A stretch of DNA of 64,000 bases, taken from positions 13,950,001 through 14,014,000 of the forward strand of contig JBHGNT010000009.1 of assembly GCA_043228905.1 (NCBI GenBank), given 5' to 3'. Positions 25,201 to 39,300 of this stretch are shown piece by piece (within the stretch, counting starts at the first letter, position 1; every line of letters begins with the position of its first letter). The stretch comes from Azolla caroliniana. Lineage: Eukaryota; Plantae; Polypodiophyta. The notes under the pieces are model-generated. The model worked only from the letters and a program-made list of their open reading frames with translations, searched no databases and was not told the DNA's origin. The translations under genes and the position numbers were made by a program.

Positions 25201-28200
25201 CAGGAAAATGTGCCCGCTGTACAGCAGCAAACACCTGCTGTAAAATTACCTGCAAATGCAGAAAATGAGGTTGGAAATGCTTTTTGCCAGGATTTGCCAT
25301 ATACCTACTAACCATTCCCACTGCAAAGGCAATATCAGGGCGTGTAGCAACTATCGCATATATCAAACTGCCAACGGCAGAAGCATATGGAACCTTAGCC
25401 ATTTCAGCCTTCTCATCATCAGATGTAGGGCTGTCTTCTGCACTGAGTTTCAAATATGGAGGCAATGGAACCCCAATTGTTTTCCCCCCCTCCATATTGA
25501 AACGCTGCAAAACCTTAGAGATATACTCCTGCTGAGATAGAAAGAGTACCCCTTTCGATCGGCTTCGGAGTATTCGCATGCCAAGGATGTGATTTGCATC
25601 ACCAAGATCCTTCATATCAAAGCTGCCATGAAGGCTTTGCTTCAATGAATTCAAGGCATGAACATCCTTGCCAGCAATCAACATATCATCAACATACAAA
25701 ACCAAGATAATCAGGCTGCCATCTCCTGCCTTCTTGGTGTACAAGCAATGGTCCACTTGACTTCTATGAAAACCTTGAGACTGCATAAATGCATCAAATT
25801 TATGATACCATTCTCTTGGTGCTTGTTTCAACCCATACAAACTCCTTTTGAGCTTAAAAACCATCTTCTCTTTGCCTTTAGTGACAAAACCTTCAGGCTG
25901 CTGCATATATATGTCTTCATGCAGATCGCCATGTAAAAAGGCGGTCTTCACATCCATCTGTATGAGCTCCATATCTTCAGCTGCAACTAAGCCCAAAATG
26001 ATTCTTAATGTAGTCATCTTGACTACAGGCGAGAAGATCTCATCAAAATCAACTCCATATTCCTGCTTGTATCCGTTTGCAACCAATCTTGCTTTGTACT
26101 TTGGCGAGGAATCAGAAATGACCTTCATTTTATAAACCCATTTGCATGGAAGTGTTTTCTGCCCTTTAGGCAATTGCACCAAATCCCAAGTATCATTTTT
26201 CTCAAGAGATTCCATCTCTGACAACATGGCTTTATACCATTTCTTATTGTCCTGTCTGTCCATTGCTTCCTTGAAGCAAGTCGGTTCACCACAATCAGTT
26301 ACCATGACATAATCAGCCACATTGTTTGCATCAGGAACAAATCTGTCAGGCTGTCTAGTAACTCTAGACGATCTCCTAACCCAATGCTTATTGTTTGGTA
26401 GCTGTTGAGCCTGCAAATCATCATTTCCAATTTGCAGTCCAGGCATTACAGCCTGCAAATCAGCATTCACAGCTTGCTGTTCTAGCTGTTCCTGCACATT
26501 TGGTGGCTCATCATTATTGGCAAAGACTGGCTGATCATTTCCAACCTCATTTTCTGCATTTGCAGGTAATTTTACAGCAGGTGTTTGCTGCTGTACAGCG
26601 GGCACATTTTCCTGTCTAAAAGGTATTTCTTCTCGGAATACAACCCTACGTCCTTCCCCAGTCCTTCCCCAGTCTTTTCGGGTTGTTTATGCATGCGATT
26701 TTCCCGGAAGATAACATCATTGCTGCGTACTATTTTTCTTTTCTTGGGATCCCACAATCTATACCCCATTTCACCCTCGTCACCGTATCCTAGGAAAATA
26801 CATCTGCAGGACTTTGGCTCAAGTTTGTTGCGTTGTTCTTTACGAATGTGCACAAAAGCCTCACAGCCAAACACTCTCAAGTGAGCATATGAAGGTGGCT
26901 TGCCCGACCACACTTCTTGGGGTATTCCCCCTCCCAAAGACCTGTTAGGTGACCGATTAATCAAGTGAACAGCTGTCATAACAGCCTCTGCCCAAAAACC
27001 ATGGGGTAACGCAGCATGAGACAGCATAGTACGAACCTTATCTTGAATAGTCTGATTCATACGCTCTGCAACTCCATTTTGGGGTGGATTATAAGGGGCA
27101 GTGAGTTCCCTCTTTATCCCTTTGCTGTCACAAAATGCTTGAAAAGCCTTGGACACATATTCCCCACCATTGTCAGAGCGAAGACGCTTAAGTGTCTTAT
27201 CAATTTGATTCTCAACTAATGCCAAAAATGTTCGAAATTTGTCGAGCACTTCATCCTTGCTACGAATAGGGTAAACCCATACCTTCTGTGTAGCATCATT
27301 GACAAAAGTGACTAAGTATTTCTTTCCCCCTAATGATAGCCCTGGCATCTAACATACATCTGAATGTACTAACTCAAGCGGGGATGACTTCAGCGAAAGA
27401 CACTTTTTATGAGATGTTTGTACATGTTTACCATAAATGCAATGATCACAATGTTCAAAATCAGCATAACGAAGACACGGCAAGTAACCCAAACGAGAAA
27501 GTACTTTCATACCAGTTTCACTCATGTGTCCCAACCGGCCATGCCACAAAGAAACACTAGGCTGCTCGGTTATGGCAACAACATGGTCACTCACACTAGA
27601 TACATGGAGAGGATACAAAGTATCACTTTTACTACCCTTGGCAATAACTCTAGATCCCTTGCAAATCTTCCATTTCCCATCACCAAAGGTTGTGTGAAAT
27701 CCATCATCATCTAGCTGTCCTGTGCTAATCAAACTCTTCTTGAGCTGAGGTACATGCCGTACATGCTGAAGTGTGAAAGCAGAACCATGCTGAAACTGTA
27801 ATTGCACAGTGCCAATACCTGCAATTTCACATGCATAGTTGTCCCCAAGATGGACAACACCATGTCGACCCCCTATGTAATCTGAAAACCACTCACGATG
27901 AGGGGTGACGTGAAAAGAAGCACCGGAATCGAGTATCCAAGTGTGCATGTCACCATCCGTATCTGCAAGTAAAGCATGTTCTCTATGGCATGATGAAACA
28001 AAGAGTACACCATTTCCACTATCACTATCATGAGTGACTACATTCACCTCTTCACTTTTAGTATTGCCTTTCCTAAGTTGAGTGTCTCTCTTTTCTTCTA
28101 TGAAATCATCTATCTTCTTGCCCTTTCCTTTCTCATTCTTCCATTTGAAACAATCACGTTTAAAGTGACCCTTTTTGCCACAGTGATGGCATTCTACATC

Positions 28201-31075
28201 TTTACCACGTGATTTACTACGGCCATAACTATCAGATTTGCCTCTTTGTTGTGACCTACCCCTCATATGCAATGCACTAGAGGACTTATTGGATGCATTA
28301 TTTTGTCGACTCATCTCTTCCATGAGTAGAGAACTCTCTACATCGGCATAAATAAGCATCGCATTTGAATTGCTCATAGCAGTCCTGAAAGTATCCCAAC
28401 TTTTTGGCAAGGTGTAAAGTAAAAACGTGGCCTTAAACTCATCATCAATGATGAATTTCAAGGCAATCAATTGGCTGAAAATGGAATTGAACTCACTTAG
28501 GTGAGTTGACATGGGTGTGCCCTCTATCATACGCAAATCCATAAGTTTCTTAAGCCAATAAACTTTGCTAGCTGCCGTCTTTTAGGCATACAGTTCCTCT
28601 AGTCTAATCCATATAGAATAGGCGGAGTCCAAACCTTCGATATTAGAAAGCAAGGCATCAAAAATCGACAACTCAATAGTCGAGCATGCAAGCTCATTCA
28701 ACTCTTGCCAATCATCTTCGTCCATATCTATAGGCTTTACCCCTTTGACTTTTATAGGCTTTGCATGCTTCTTTTGCAACAGGATGTTGTAGCACTGCTT
28801 TTTCCAAACTGCAAAGTTATGTGCACCCTCAAGCTTCTTGATGTGCATAAGGTGGCTACTTTCACTGCTGCTAGTCATGATTTTAGCCCAAACAGAGGAC
28901 CAAACCTGTACTGCAGAAAACGTGACCTGCTCCGCAGAAACCCTAAACTTTACTCTGCAGAAACCCTAATCTCTGCTTTGCAGAAAACCATAATCCCTGC
29001 TCTGCAGAAAACCATAATCTCTGCTCTGCAGAAAACCCTAAACTCTGCTCTGCAGAAAACCTTAAACTCTGCCTGCAGAAAACCCTAAACCTTGGCTCTG
29101 ATACCAGTTTGAAGGTAGCACGAGGATTAGGGTTTAGGTCAAAAACAGAGAGGGAGAGAGTCTGAGTGAGAGAGAGAGATGCATGCTGTCTTGGGTACAA
29201 AAGAGTGTACCTCTTTTTTGGTTTTTAGATATTATGTATATACAACTCAAAAGTGTGTTACGAGTGCGTTCACACTCGTGCACTAATAAAAGGCACGATT
29301 GCCCTTTATTCTCAACAGTATAGACCGAAGACGATCGAGATTTGGCAATTGCTTTTAGCTTGGCTCAGAATTGATTTCTTGGAAATCCAATAAACAAAAT
29401 TCAGTTTCCTCTTTGTCTACCAAAGCTGAATATCGTGTGTATTTGCATGCATGGTGTGAAATCTTATGGTTAAGACAAATACTTGACCATCTTAGAATTC
29501 TACAAGACAGTCTTATTCGAGTTTCACCGATAGCCAAAGTACTTGTGCATTAGCACACAATTCCTCCCATGATAGGACTAAACACTTTGAAGTTCACAAC
29601 CATTTTGTTGATGAGTTAATAGCTAATCAGATAATCAGATTAGACTATTCTTGCACTTGGGAAAATGTGGACTTGATTTCTCAGTGATAGCCAAAGTGCT
29701 TGTGCATTAACACACAATTCCTCCTTCCATGGTAGGACTAAACAGATTGAATTTCACTCTACCATTTTGTTCATGAGTTTATCACTAATCAGATCATCAG
29801 ATTGACTATTGTTCCACTCAGGAAAATGTGGTTGACCTCTTTACCAAGCCCCTTCTTAGGGACACTATTTATCAACTCCTTACTCATCTCAATGTTGGTG
29901 CACCGTTCAGGAGCTGAGGGGTGTTGGGAGGGTGGCAACCTTAGAACTGATCTCTCTTTTGCACCCTCTATCCATGTTTTCTCTCTCTAGATTTACTTAA
30001 TTCCAACATTATTACAGTTGACTTTTTAAACAAACTACTACATCACAATATTTAATGCATTGTTCTTTTTCTCGTTGCTACTCTGTTACTTTTAATTCGT
30101 GTTCCTAGGAATATTTCATCCCTTTTCATAAATGCATGGGCTACAAACCCAGTCTCAGTTTTGTATTTAAAAGCTTTTAGCGTCACGAAGTAATATAGTT
30201 CTTGTTTAGCTTATTTTTAAGCTGCTGCTTTGGCATCTTGCCACTGCTCATAGGAGTTTTCTCGCAAAGACCTCCCAACAAAAATTTAGTGTATTTTGCT
30301 TCGTTCCCCATATACTCATTGGATTGAGTGGCATATCTGCTTGTGCTAAGGAGGTTAAATTGTACATCCGTCAGACATTAAATAACCTATGGATCATTAT
30401 TGAATCAGAAAAAAACAATTAACAAATGATGATGAAGTTTAAAAATTTGTTTATATAAAAATCAGTTAATTACAGACAATTACCTGTTTGTTGCATATCA
30501 AATTTTATATGAAAACCAACAATGATCTTTAGGTATGTTGATGATATCTCATATATGACTGCTATCATTCTTTTAATGTCTTATCCACTAATACAAATAT
30601 TTTGTACATCTGATTACAACACAAGGATGGAAAATGATTGCTTTAAATAAGTATAAAAGACAATGATTAAGAAAGAAATCTACCAAAATATTCAACAAAT
30701 TTTGGTCTCAGGTAATTGTTCGACTTCACACCATTCCATATTAAAATTCCATTTCACAAACTTTCATGGGAGACATTTGTTTTATTGACGATTATTGATT
30801 AAAAAAGAAACCTAAACCAATATTCAACAAATTTTGGTCTAGTTAACTGTTTGAACTCGTAACTTCTTTGTTTGACCATTTTTAACGTTCCATATTAATA
30901 TTTCATTTGACAAACATTCATTGGGAGACCATTTGTTTGGTTTAGTGGCGAAATAATTGATGTGGAGGTAGTGGATGGTGGCTTGATATGCTCAAGTGGT
31001 GTTATATTGGAGGAAATGGGTGACAAAAATGATGATTGGTATGTAGTAAATGCAGCAGTTTATGTTGGTTATTAG
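18716..31075 (+). CDS. Host gene, Lin0512-family conserved protein; exons 18716-18897, 19400-19476, 20147-20258, 30946-31075
   Basis: GT-AG splicing keeps the frame: ...LFVEMGVGYDQHG/QDITVAAMRACRDAIQTNSIPAFRS/GAIPGVGSKDMKLKLKLGVPKQVQESLDIKKVKSVFPY/GEIIDVEVVDGGLICSSGVILEEMGDKNDDWYVVNAAVYVGY*. The start codon is less certain. Confidence 0.9.
18960..19375. repeat. Compound (TATG)n/(TG)n/(ATGC)n microsatellite in intron 1
   Basis: Read directly. Confidence 0.9.
21345..21735 (+). repeat. Three imperfect tandem copies (~140-150 bp) inside the old Copia gag
   Basis: gttacaagatag...ctagcacttcta...ctccatg...atgaacaattgta occurs three times. Confidence 0.8.
24169..29317 (-). mobile_element. Near full-length Tnt1/Tork-like Ty1/Copia nested in the older Copia; LTRs ~24169-24372 and 29110-29317
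   Basis: gag with CCHC and DSGASFH protease 27349-28878, integrase 26572-27348, RT YVDD 25196-26605, RNase H 24469-25230; iMet PBS ends 29106; PPT gggaggt. Confidence 0.95.
28930..29090. repeat. ~21-bp tandem repeat (ctctgcagaaaaccctaat-like) in the Copia 5' leader; also at 51030-51165
   Basis: Read directly, about 7 copies. Confidence 0.85.
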
Positions 31076-31984
31076 CTAATGAAAGGAAATGAATGTATAT
31101 GGAGAATGATTACAATTAAATTTCAGTTGACATAACTTTTGAAGATTTAAAGTTGCTTTATTGTAAAAGCTCTATATATATCTCAAGGCTTGCCTAGCAT
31201 ATTATTATGGAATAGTATTCTTAACGATATGTACACTTTTTAAAATATCATTTAAAAATAGATAATTTCCTTGCATTGGAAGTGGTTTCACATCATGTCC
31301 TATTGGCAACATGGCAGTGGTAGTTATTGGTAAGTGGAATGAGTGGAATAATATTATTAACGATATTTACATTCTTCAAAATAACATTTAAACTAGATAA
31401 ACTCCTCGTGTTAGAGGTGGTTTCACATTGTGTCCCATTGGCAACATGACAATGATCGGTATTAGTGAAATCAGTGATCTCATTCCACTATGGACAAACT
31501 GCACTAGATACGAAATCATGTTAGGAATTTCATTATAAATAGTTGGACGACAATAGTTAAACACAACTATTGAAGATTCATAAACATAATACATCATTTT
31601 GCACAATATTTTACATTGATTTTAGATGTTTGTTCTCAGAAGTTTTTAAGTTGATAATTTCTTATCCTCAATAGCAGTAATTTGCAATTGGATTTCCAAA
31701 TATAATTTCGTACTTCTGATTGCAATAGGGGTTTTGCCAACTTTGTTGCTCTACATATTGTTGAGAAATTTGGCAATCTAGATGCTTTATATACATTTTT
31801 CTTTTGTTTGAGACATTGGTAATTTCAAACCCAATAGATTTGATTGTTTATGGTAGGTGTATGGGTAAAGATGATTTTATTACAAGAGTCTCTTGGTCAA
31901 AGTGATATTTATCTTAATTAATTTCTCATCATATTTCCTTGCATAACAACCCGCCCTAACCTCTCTAAATTTCTTTGCTAACGT

Positions 31985-32170
31985 ATAGCAATGGGTTCAG
32001 TTTTAGCTCAAACCAAACCGAACCAAACCGTTAAGCTTTGGTTTAACGGTTTATCGGTTCCAAAAAAATGTAATGGTTTTGGGTTGGTTCGGGTTATAAA
32101 TAAACGTTTCGGTTTGGTTCTTTTATACTCAAGTTTATTGGTTGATAGGTTTGGCTTAAAGGTTTATGGG
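31985..32170. mobile_element. hAT/MITE-like terminal remnant with AAACC(G)/CGGTTT motifs
   Basis: Clustered aaaccg/cggttt motifs in both orientations. Confidence 0.45.
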
Positions 32171-32599
32171 TTTATGGGCAACATGAAATCTCAAGTCGTG
32201 ATTTACTTGGCAATGCTAATGGCATTTGCAATATTTGAATATGAACTTGAATGTAAGTTATGAATCATGATGTAACAAGGTGAAAGAAAGCTTGTAGAGG
32301 GTGGGAACAATCATTGGCTCTAGACCTTCCCTAGTTTTTGGTGCCAAGATTTTGGTTGATAAGCTTGTTCTTGGAGACCAAACATGCAAATGTCATGTTG
32401 CTAGATTGGATCAGAAATGACTATTGTAAGTTAATGTGTCATGTTAGCCATCTTTTTATGCCATTATCTTTCTTCGTCAACATCTCTTTTCAACCGTAAA
32501 ATAATTACTTCCCACCTCTTCTTGGTTAGAAAGCCTCCGATATCCTCTCTTTATTATTATTGATTATTTTTGGTAAAGCATACAATTATATTAACTGCA

Positions 32600-34800
32600 T
32601 GTAAAACCCATCATTGTAACCATTTAGCCCTCTCTATTTAGGTAGAGAGACATTCTCTAAAACATCAAAAGACTCAAATATGCAACTATCCATTCTCCAT
32701 ACCGAAAAGTGCCACATAAGAACATCTTTCAACTTCCTAATATATGCACTAACTCCATGTCTACCATCAAACATGAAATCATTACTTGTATTCCAATCAT
32801 GTTGCAACCCCAATAACATAAGAATTGGAACACGATCTCCATCTCATCATTTGGGTGATTTTGAACATATTGAGTAAAGACCCATTGTATGGGCCTCAAT
32901 GTACAATGGGTCAAAACTAGTCAAATTTGTGATGGATACTTCCAATGGGATGGTACAAGGAAAATGTGCTAGATGTTGAACCTAATGGTAGCTCCCCAAT
33001 CTCCACATATACCCTTGTAGAAAATGGTAATTGGGAATGCCAACCATGTTGTAACATCTTCCACCACCTTGAATTTGACTTACATACATTGCACTCCATC
33101 TTTCTTTTGTCTGAGAGCCAAATAATGAAGCCATTCAATTATGAACAATGTATTCGTTTGTCCTTGAGAATCAAATCAATCCCTTCAAACACCAATCCAC
33201 CCAAGGAGTGTTATATGTCGGCCTCGATAGAGATCCATGCAATAAAGTTATGCTTTGCAACTTTTTTCAAATAAACCCATAATGTGGGGAACTAAAAAAA
33301 AACTTATCTCATCTTGAATTCTAACCTTTGAAATTAAACATCAATCACATCATCCAACCCTATCACCCCTAATTGCAACAAAAAACTGAACTCAGATATG
33401 AATTTCTCCTTTCCTTACCAATATAACAATTTCAAGAAAGACGTAATCCCTTCTATAATGAATTGCATTGTTGTCTCCTAGATTACGGTGCCCATTCAAA
33501 ATATGTCGATTGGATGATGGTTGAGCACGTGAGAATGTCAAAATTTAAAAGGAATGATTCCATTAACCAAGTGCCACCATCATGCTTAAATCTTTGTCCT
33601 TCCATGTATCAATCCATCAATATCCATAAAGCATACGAACCCATCATTGATCTGGTCAAAACATATCTCTCACTAATGAAAACCATCTATCATCAAATGC
33701 ATATCCAAATTCAAAACACCACCAGCACCTAGTCGTTTGCAAGTAGCTAAATGATCCTATGAAATCCATATAATCCCCCTCCTATTGTTTTTATGTCAAA
33801 ACATGATTTGAAGAGGTTGCAATATCTCTTATAATTCCTTAGTAAGCAAAGGCAAAAAATATAATGTCATGGGTTTCATAATACGTTGTACCACTTTATG
33901 TTGTACATGGCCATGATTGAGTCTTCTAATACATAAACTTGATCCTCAACTTACACTCGATCCATTCAAGTAAGTGCATGTTTGGCACATTAACCCCCAA
34001 TGGAAACCCAATTGTCTAAATATTGAATGTTGTTAGCCACTAACCCCTACCATCCCAAACTTTCTATATTAGTTTCAATGGGGGAGACAATATGTGGCTT
34101 TTGCAAATTTATTCAACTCTTCCATATTCTTTTCAAGGTTTTTGTTTGTCTTATAAAATCATAAAGGAATCATCAATCAAGGTTTATGCCACTAATTGTC
34201 CTCTAGAAGGAAGGTGCAAACCCACAATATCACCACATGTCTCTAGAGACAATAACATTACTAACAAAGGATGAGGGACAATGGCAAATAACAATGGTCT
34301 ATGTGGGCATCCTTGTTGCATTGATCTAGTGACAATTTTTTGAGTGACTCTATTAAACATAAAACAAGATGTTGCATTTTGACCAAGTAGAAAGTTATGC
34401 ATCACTCGTTGAAAAGTCATATATTATGCAATATTTCTACCTGCAATAAAGTCATATTGAGTTGGATGAATAATTTGAGGCAACTAGTTCACTAATTTGG
34501 AAATAACTTATACAATAATCTTATTAAGGAAATAAGTCTCAATCGACTAAATGGCCCAAGAGATGGTATCTTTGGTATAAATTTAATTACTCCCACTTCT
34601 AACCCTTAAACATAATGTTAGCATCCCAACATTGTTGAAAGTTGAAACATGTGGGTAAATGGCTTGTTGAGCAAATAAGCATATTTCTCATTTGTTACCA
34701 TCCCAACTTAGACTTCAACCATTTGAGGGTGAAACAATACCTTTCCAACCTCTTCTTTTTGAAAATCATTATCCAATTCCTTACAAAGGGTGTACTAAGC
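32600..34800 (-). mobile_element. Degenerate LINE (L1-like) reverse transcriptase remnant
   Basis: TRSMQQGCPHRPLLFAIVPHPL (QGCPLSPLLF-like) at 34184-34420, followed by a DDSF motif. Confidence 0.65.
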
Positions 34801-34804
34801 CAAG

Positions 34805-35703
34805 TGTTATGACCCTAAAACATGGGGGTCTCAAAACGATCTCGAAACAGGGTTGGGACAAGAGATATCGAGCCAAAACTATGATTAATTATCATTAATA
34901 CTTAATCATAGCAATTATAAGAAGGTTTTATCACAAGCTTCTTGGAGCTAACTAATATTAAGGAGCTTGATACGAGAGAGTGAGTAAATTAGGAAATCGA
35001 GGTATAAATCAAAATGAGTAGAAGCTCCTCCATATAAGTCTAAGGGGTGGTTGTTGGGTTACCCCAATCGTTATGCCAAAAGGTGACTCGTAGGTTACCC
35101 AAACCATTATGTTAAGAGGTGGTTGTTGGGCTCCCTTGGCATTGGGCCAAAAATGGCCGTTGAGGCTAGCCCTTGAGCTAGCCATTGGGGCTAGTTGTTG
35201 GACTAGCTGTGGAGCAATCCCAAGTGGGATTGCCCGTTGGGATTGGGTTATCCTAGCCCAAGGTGGCGCTAGGATTTGGATTGGGACCAAGATTTGGACT
35301 AGGACTAGGTTCTTTCTTGGGTCCCCACTTAGGTTGGGACTCATGCCTGTGTGGGACTGTCCCAACCCAAACCCTACTTGGGTTATGCTCGTGTCAACTC
35401 CGATCGGGACTTCGTGGGTGTGTGCCAACTCGTTTTGAGGTCCCTTGGTTCCTTCGTGACTCACTTTGGGGCTCATTTTGGCTTGGCACTGTTTAGGGAC
35501 ACCACAAAGGGCCTCACTCATAACACATTCAATTATATTATAAAATTCATGTCATCTCACACATAACACATTGAATTACATGATAACATTCATTGGTAAA
35601 GTTCTTGAACATCGAGAGTCACTACTCACTTTCACACGTATCACGTGAAATGTAATATTTTTAGTTTCGTAGGTCATATTTGACCTCTGAAGACGATGCT
35701 ATA
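34805..35703. repeat. Probable solo LTR with internal GC-richer repeats
   Basis: Starts TGTTATGACCC, ends ...GATGCTATA; abrupt change in composition; no TSD confirmed. Confidence 0.4.
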
Positions 35704-35744
<41 letters not shown>

Positions 35745-36397
35745 CATACATACATACATATATATATACATATATATATCACACACAACAATCAAGAATA
35801 TGCTTGATTATAGACTATCCAAACAAACTTGGAACATAGGATGCAAGATACAAAAACCTACAACAACAAAATCCTCTCATCTAGCTAAGTGGTGACATTA
35901 TGAAATGGTTTAAGAGATGGGGAGTAAACAATCTATTAGAGATCTCAAGTGTTGTTATGAAGTATGTGATCTTTGAGGATAGATCACCAAAGGCATTAAG
36001 GATGAAGTCACAAGATGCCAAAATGTCGAATTTCGAAGATTAGATTGCAAATATTAATCCTCAATATTGGCCCCAATACAAGAGAAAAAAATCCCAAAAT
36101 GTATCCAATTGCATCTCTACCTCCATGACCCTTGGCTCTTGGAGAGCTGTAACACTTCTTTGAACTTGCTCATGCATGTTAGGTGTTGAGTTGGCATCAT
36201 CACCCAAATATGAAGATATGTAAGGTATGCAATTAAAAACCTAGTGGAGGATGAATATCACTTACTTATCATATGCTCAAAATATAAGGTAATTTGCAAG
36301 AAATATGATGACTTATTTAATGGGCATGATAATGTGAGTGTCATACTCAAATTTCTATCAAGAAGGGTAAGGACATATGTGCATGCATTCTTTTCAC

Positions 36398-39300
36398 TGT
36401 TAAGAATTAGGTAATTAAGCAAGGGTTAATTAGTACCTAATTATATGATGAAGCAGTAGAAGATTAAGTGACATGTGTGTGTATGTGTGTGAGAGGAAGA
36501 GAGAGAGGAAGTTAACACTTATGAACAACGAGACAAGATGGGGGATGATTAACTATATTAAAAAGCATCATCATCATCAAATACAAAAATACTTACGATG
36601 AGGTATATATAGATCTCATGTGCAAGGGTGCACATGTGTGAGGAGAATATAGGTACAAAGGTGTAAGTCCTATATTAAATGTACTTGGGAGTGGAGGATC
36701 TAGAATATGCCACTTAAGTACAAGGTCCTATTGAAGGCGTTATAGTCAACACTTCTAACTAGATTCTATCTAAGTAACTACGAAGTTACATGGTTGACCA
36801 ACTAAACTAGTTTGTGCTTGAGCTCTAAACACACCCCCTCAAGCTCAAGTGTGAGGCGTCCGACATCCACTTTGGCTTTCATCGCCTTCGTGTGCTTCCG
36901 TTCGGCCTTCGGCTTTCTTCGGCCTTTTCGAGGCAATCTCAGTTCCTGCCCCTCAAGCCGGTGACGAAGGCTTGCAGTGTGTGGGTGAAGGTTGACTACT
37001 GCCACCCATCGTGGGTTACGAGTCACTTCTGTAGAGCTCTCAAACTCTTGTTCAGCTGCTACCTTCATCATGAAGGCATAATGATGGGCCATGTACTCGT
37101 TGTAACCGAGCCGAGTGACAAGGTTCTTAGCTCTAGATGAGTGTCAAAGTTTTTCGCTCGCCAATGTGAGCACCTTCTTTACTCCGGGTGTCTGCATGAT
37201 GGGTACACCAAACTCACTGTCTAGTGAGCGAGTCGACACATCTGAATCATTGTTGTCGGGGTGGCGGACTTCGTATCCGGGCATCTTACCTTTGTCTTTG
37301 TCCAAGTTCGAACTTGGCTGCAATGTGCTTGGAAGACTTGGAGGCTTGTGTGGTCCACTTAGCTCAGTAGAGCTTGGATGGTCCTTTGGTCAAAGGCTTG
37401 GCCGAATATCATCCTCCGAGTTGACGTTCAACTCTTCCTCGGTCGTGTCGGGTGGAGTTGAATCAGGCTTATACCAAGATGCCGATTCGTTGAAGACTAC
37501 ATCTTGACTCAGCCGAACCGCTCGGGTCGAAGGGTTATAACACTTGTATGCCTTCTTTTCGGACGAGTATCCTATGAGGATACATTCCTCCGACTTTGCG
37601 TTGGGCTTCTGTTGGCTTTTGTTCGAGATACGTACATTCACAATACTTCCGAACACCTTGAGGTGCGACAGGATCAACTTCCTTCCGACAAGAGCTCGTA
37701 TGGAGTTAGCTCATGCACTCCATTGGTGGTGCATCGATTCATGAGATAGATGGCCATGGATGCCGCTTCAGCCCAATAAAAGTTTGGCATGTGTTTCTCA
37801 TGAATCATGGCGCATGCTACCTCAAGTATTTGCCGATTTTTCCTTTCGGCGACTCCATTTTGTTGGGGTGTGTGTCGGCATGAGAATTCTCTTCGAATGC
37901 CTTCACTTTGGAGGTAGGGGGTGAACTCGTCGGAGAAGTACTCCTTGCCTCCACCTGATCGTAGGCATCGAATGTGCCGACCGATTTCTTCTTTGACTTG
38001 GCCCTTGAGCTTTTGGAAGTGGGAGAGCACTTCACTCTTTTTCTTCATCAGGAAGATCCACGTGTAGGGGGAGTAGTTGTCGATGAAGGTGATGTAGTAT
38101 CGGCATCCGCCGATCGTCGGCGTTTGAGCCAGTCCCCATACATCCGAGTGTATGACGTTGGCAAGGCCTTTGCTTGCGGAGCTCTCCTTCGGAAATGGGA
38201 GTCGATGTTGTTTGCCGTGTTGGCATGCTTTGCACACTCGGTTGACTTGTTTCGACTCGAAGGCCGGAAGTCCGATGTCGACTCCCTTTGTTTGCATAGC
38301 TCAGAGCTGTTGGAGATTGATGTGGCCAATTCTCTTGTGCCACAACTTGATGTTTGTCTCCGTTTTGAGACCTTTGGCATACATGGCCGATTTCACCTCG
38401 TTCGAATCAAGGATGAACATGCGACCGTCTCTCTGCCCCTTGGCTATGAGTCGACCATCTTTCTCAATGAAACAACCTTCGATGTTGAAGCGGACTTGCA
38501 TGCCTTGCTCCACAATTTGGCCGACCTAGAACAAATTCTTCGTGATTGTGGGCATGTGCAAGACATTCTTGATGCAAGTTTGTTCGCCTTCTCTCCTGAA
38601 TGGGACATTGCCGATGTGCTGAATTGGAAGTGTGGTGTCGCCTCCCGTCTCTATGAAGCCGGATCGATCCGGTGTACGAAAGTCATTGAACCACTCTTTG
38701 TGGGATGTCATATGATGTGAGGCATCGGAATTGATGAGCCACAAGTCTTCCAAATTGGAGGTGCTTGCGGAGGCCTCATTATGAATAGTCAGCCATAGTC
38801 GTTATATTCGGAGTTGGTGGCGAAATTCATGAGTTGTCGACTTGTTGAAGCCAACTTGCTTCTTCTTTGTTGGCACTCCTCCTCGTGGTGGAGGATTTTC
38901 CAACCTTGTTCGGCATGGAAGCTCCCCCTTCTTCCAAAGGTTCCTCGATGGCTTCTGTGAAGGTTTGAGTTCCCTTCGTATGATGGGCCGAATTGACCTC
39001 TTCTACCGCCATGACCTCATCCTCAGCCACCGTCTGAACTTGAGAAGAACATTTGTCCTTCCGATGTCTTAGTCTTGGTTTGGACGTGGTTCTCTTCAAC
39101 CAATAGCATTGATTTAAGGTCAAAGAATGAAGGAGGGCTTTCCCTCGCCAAGATTGCGGTCCTCAACGAGTCGAATCATTGTGTGAGGCTGCCCAAGCAT
39201 ACTTGAAACATCTTTTCTTCGTCGATGATTATGTTGATGGAGCCAAGCGAGTCGCAAATGCTTTTGATCTTGGTGGTGTAGTCCGACACAGACATATCTT

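Larger units (their letters stand above)
20405..30280 (+). mobile_element. Old, heavily degraded Ty1/Copia in intron 3; partial 5' LTR ~20405-20660, 3' LTR 29922-30280
   Basis: DWTVNSGCTSHIT protease, LVHMDLCGP integrase, IYVDDLL RT, ISWKSNKQ RNase H; PPT gagggg followed by TGTTGGGAGG...CCTCCCAACA; both LTR copies share ctaggaatattt...ataaatgcatggg. Confidence 0.85.

Noticed and set aside
35780-36397. Possible decayed coding sequence (also 63450-64000)
   Set aside because: No family motif could be identified from the sequence alone.
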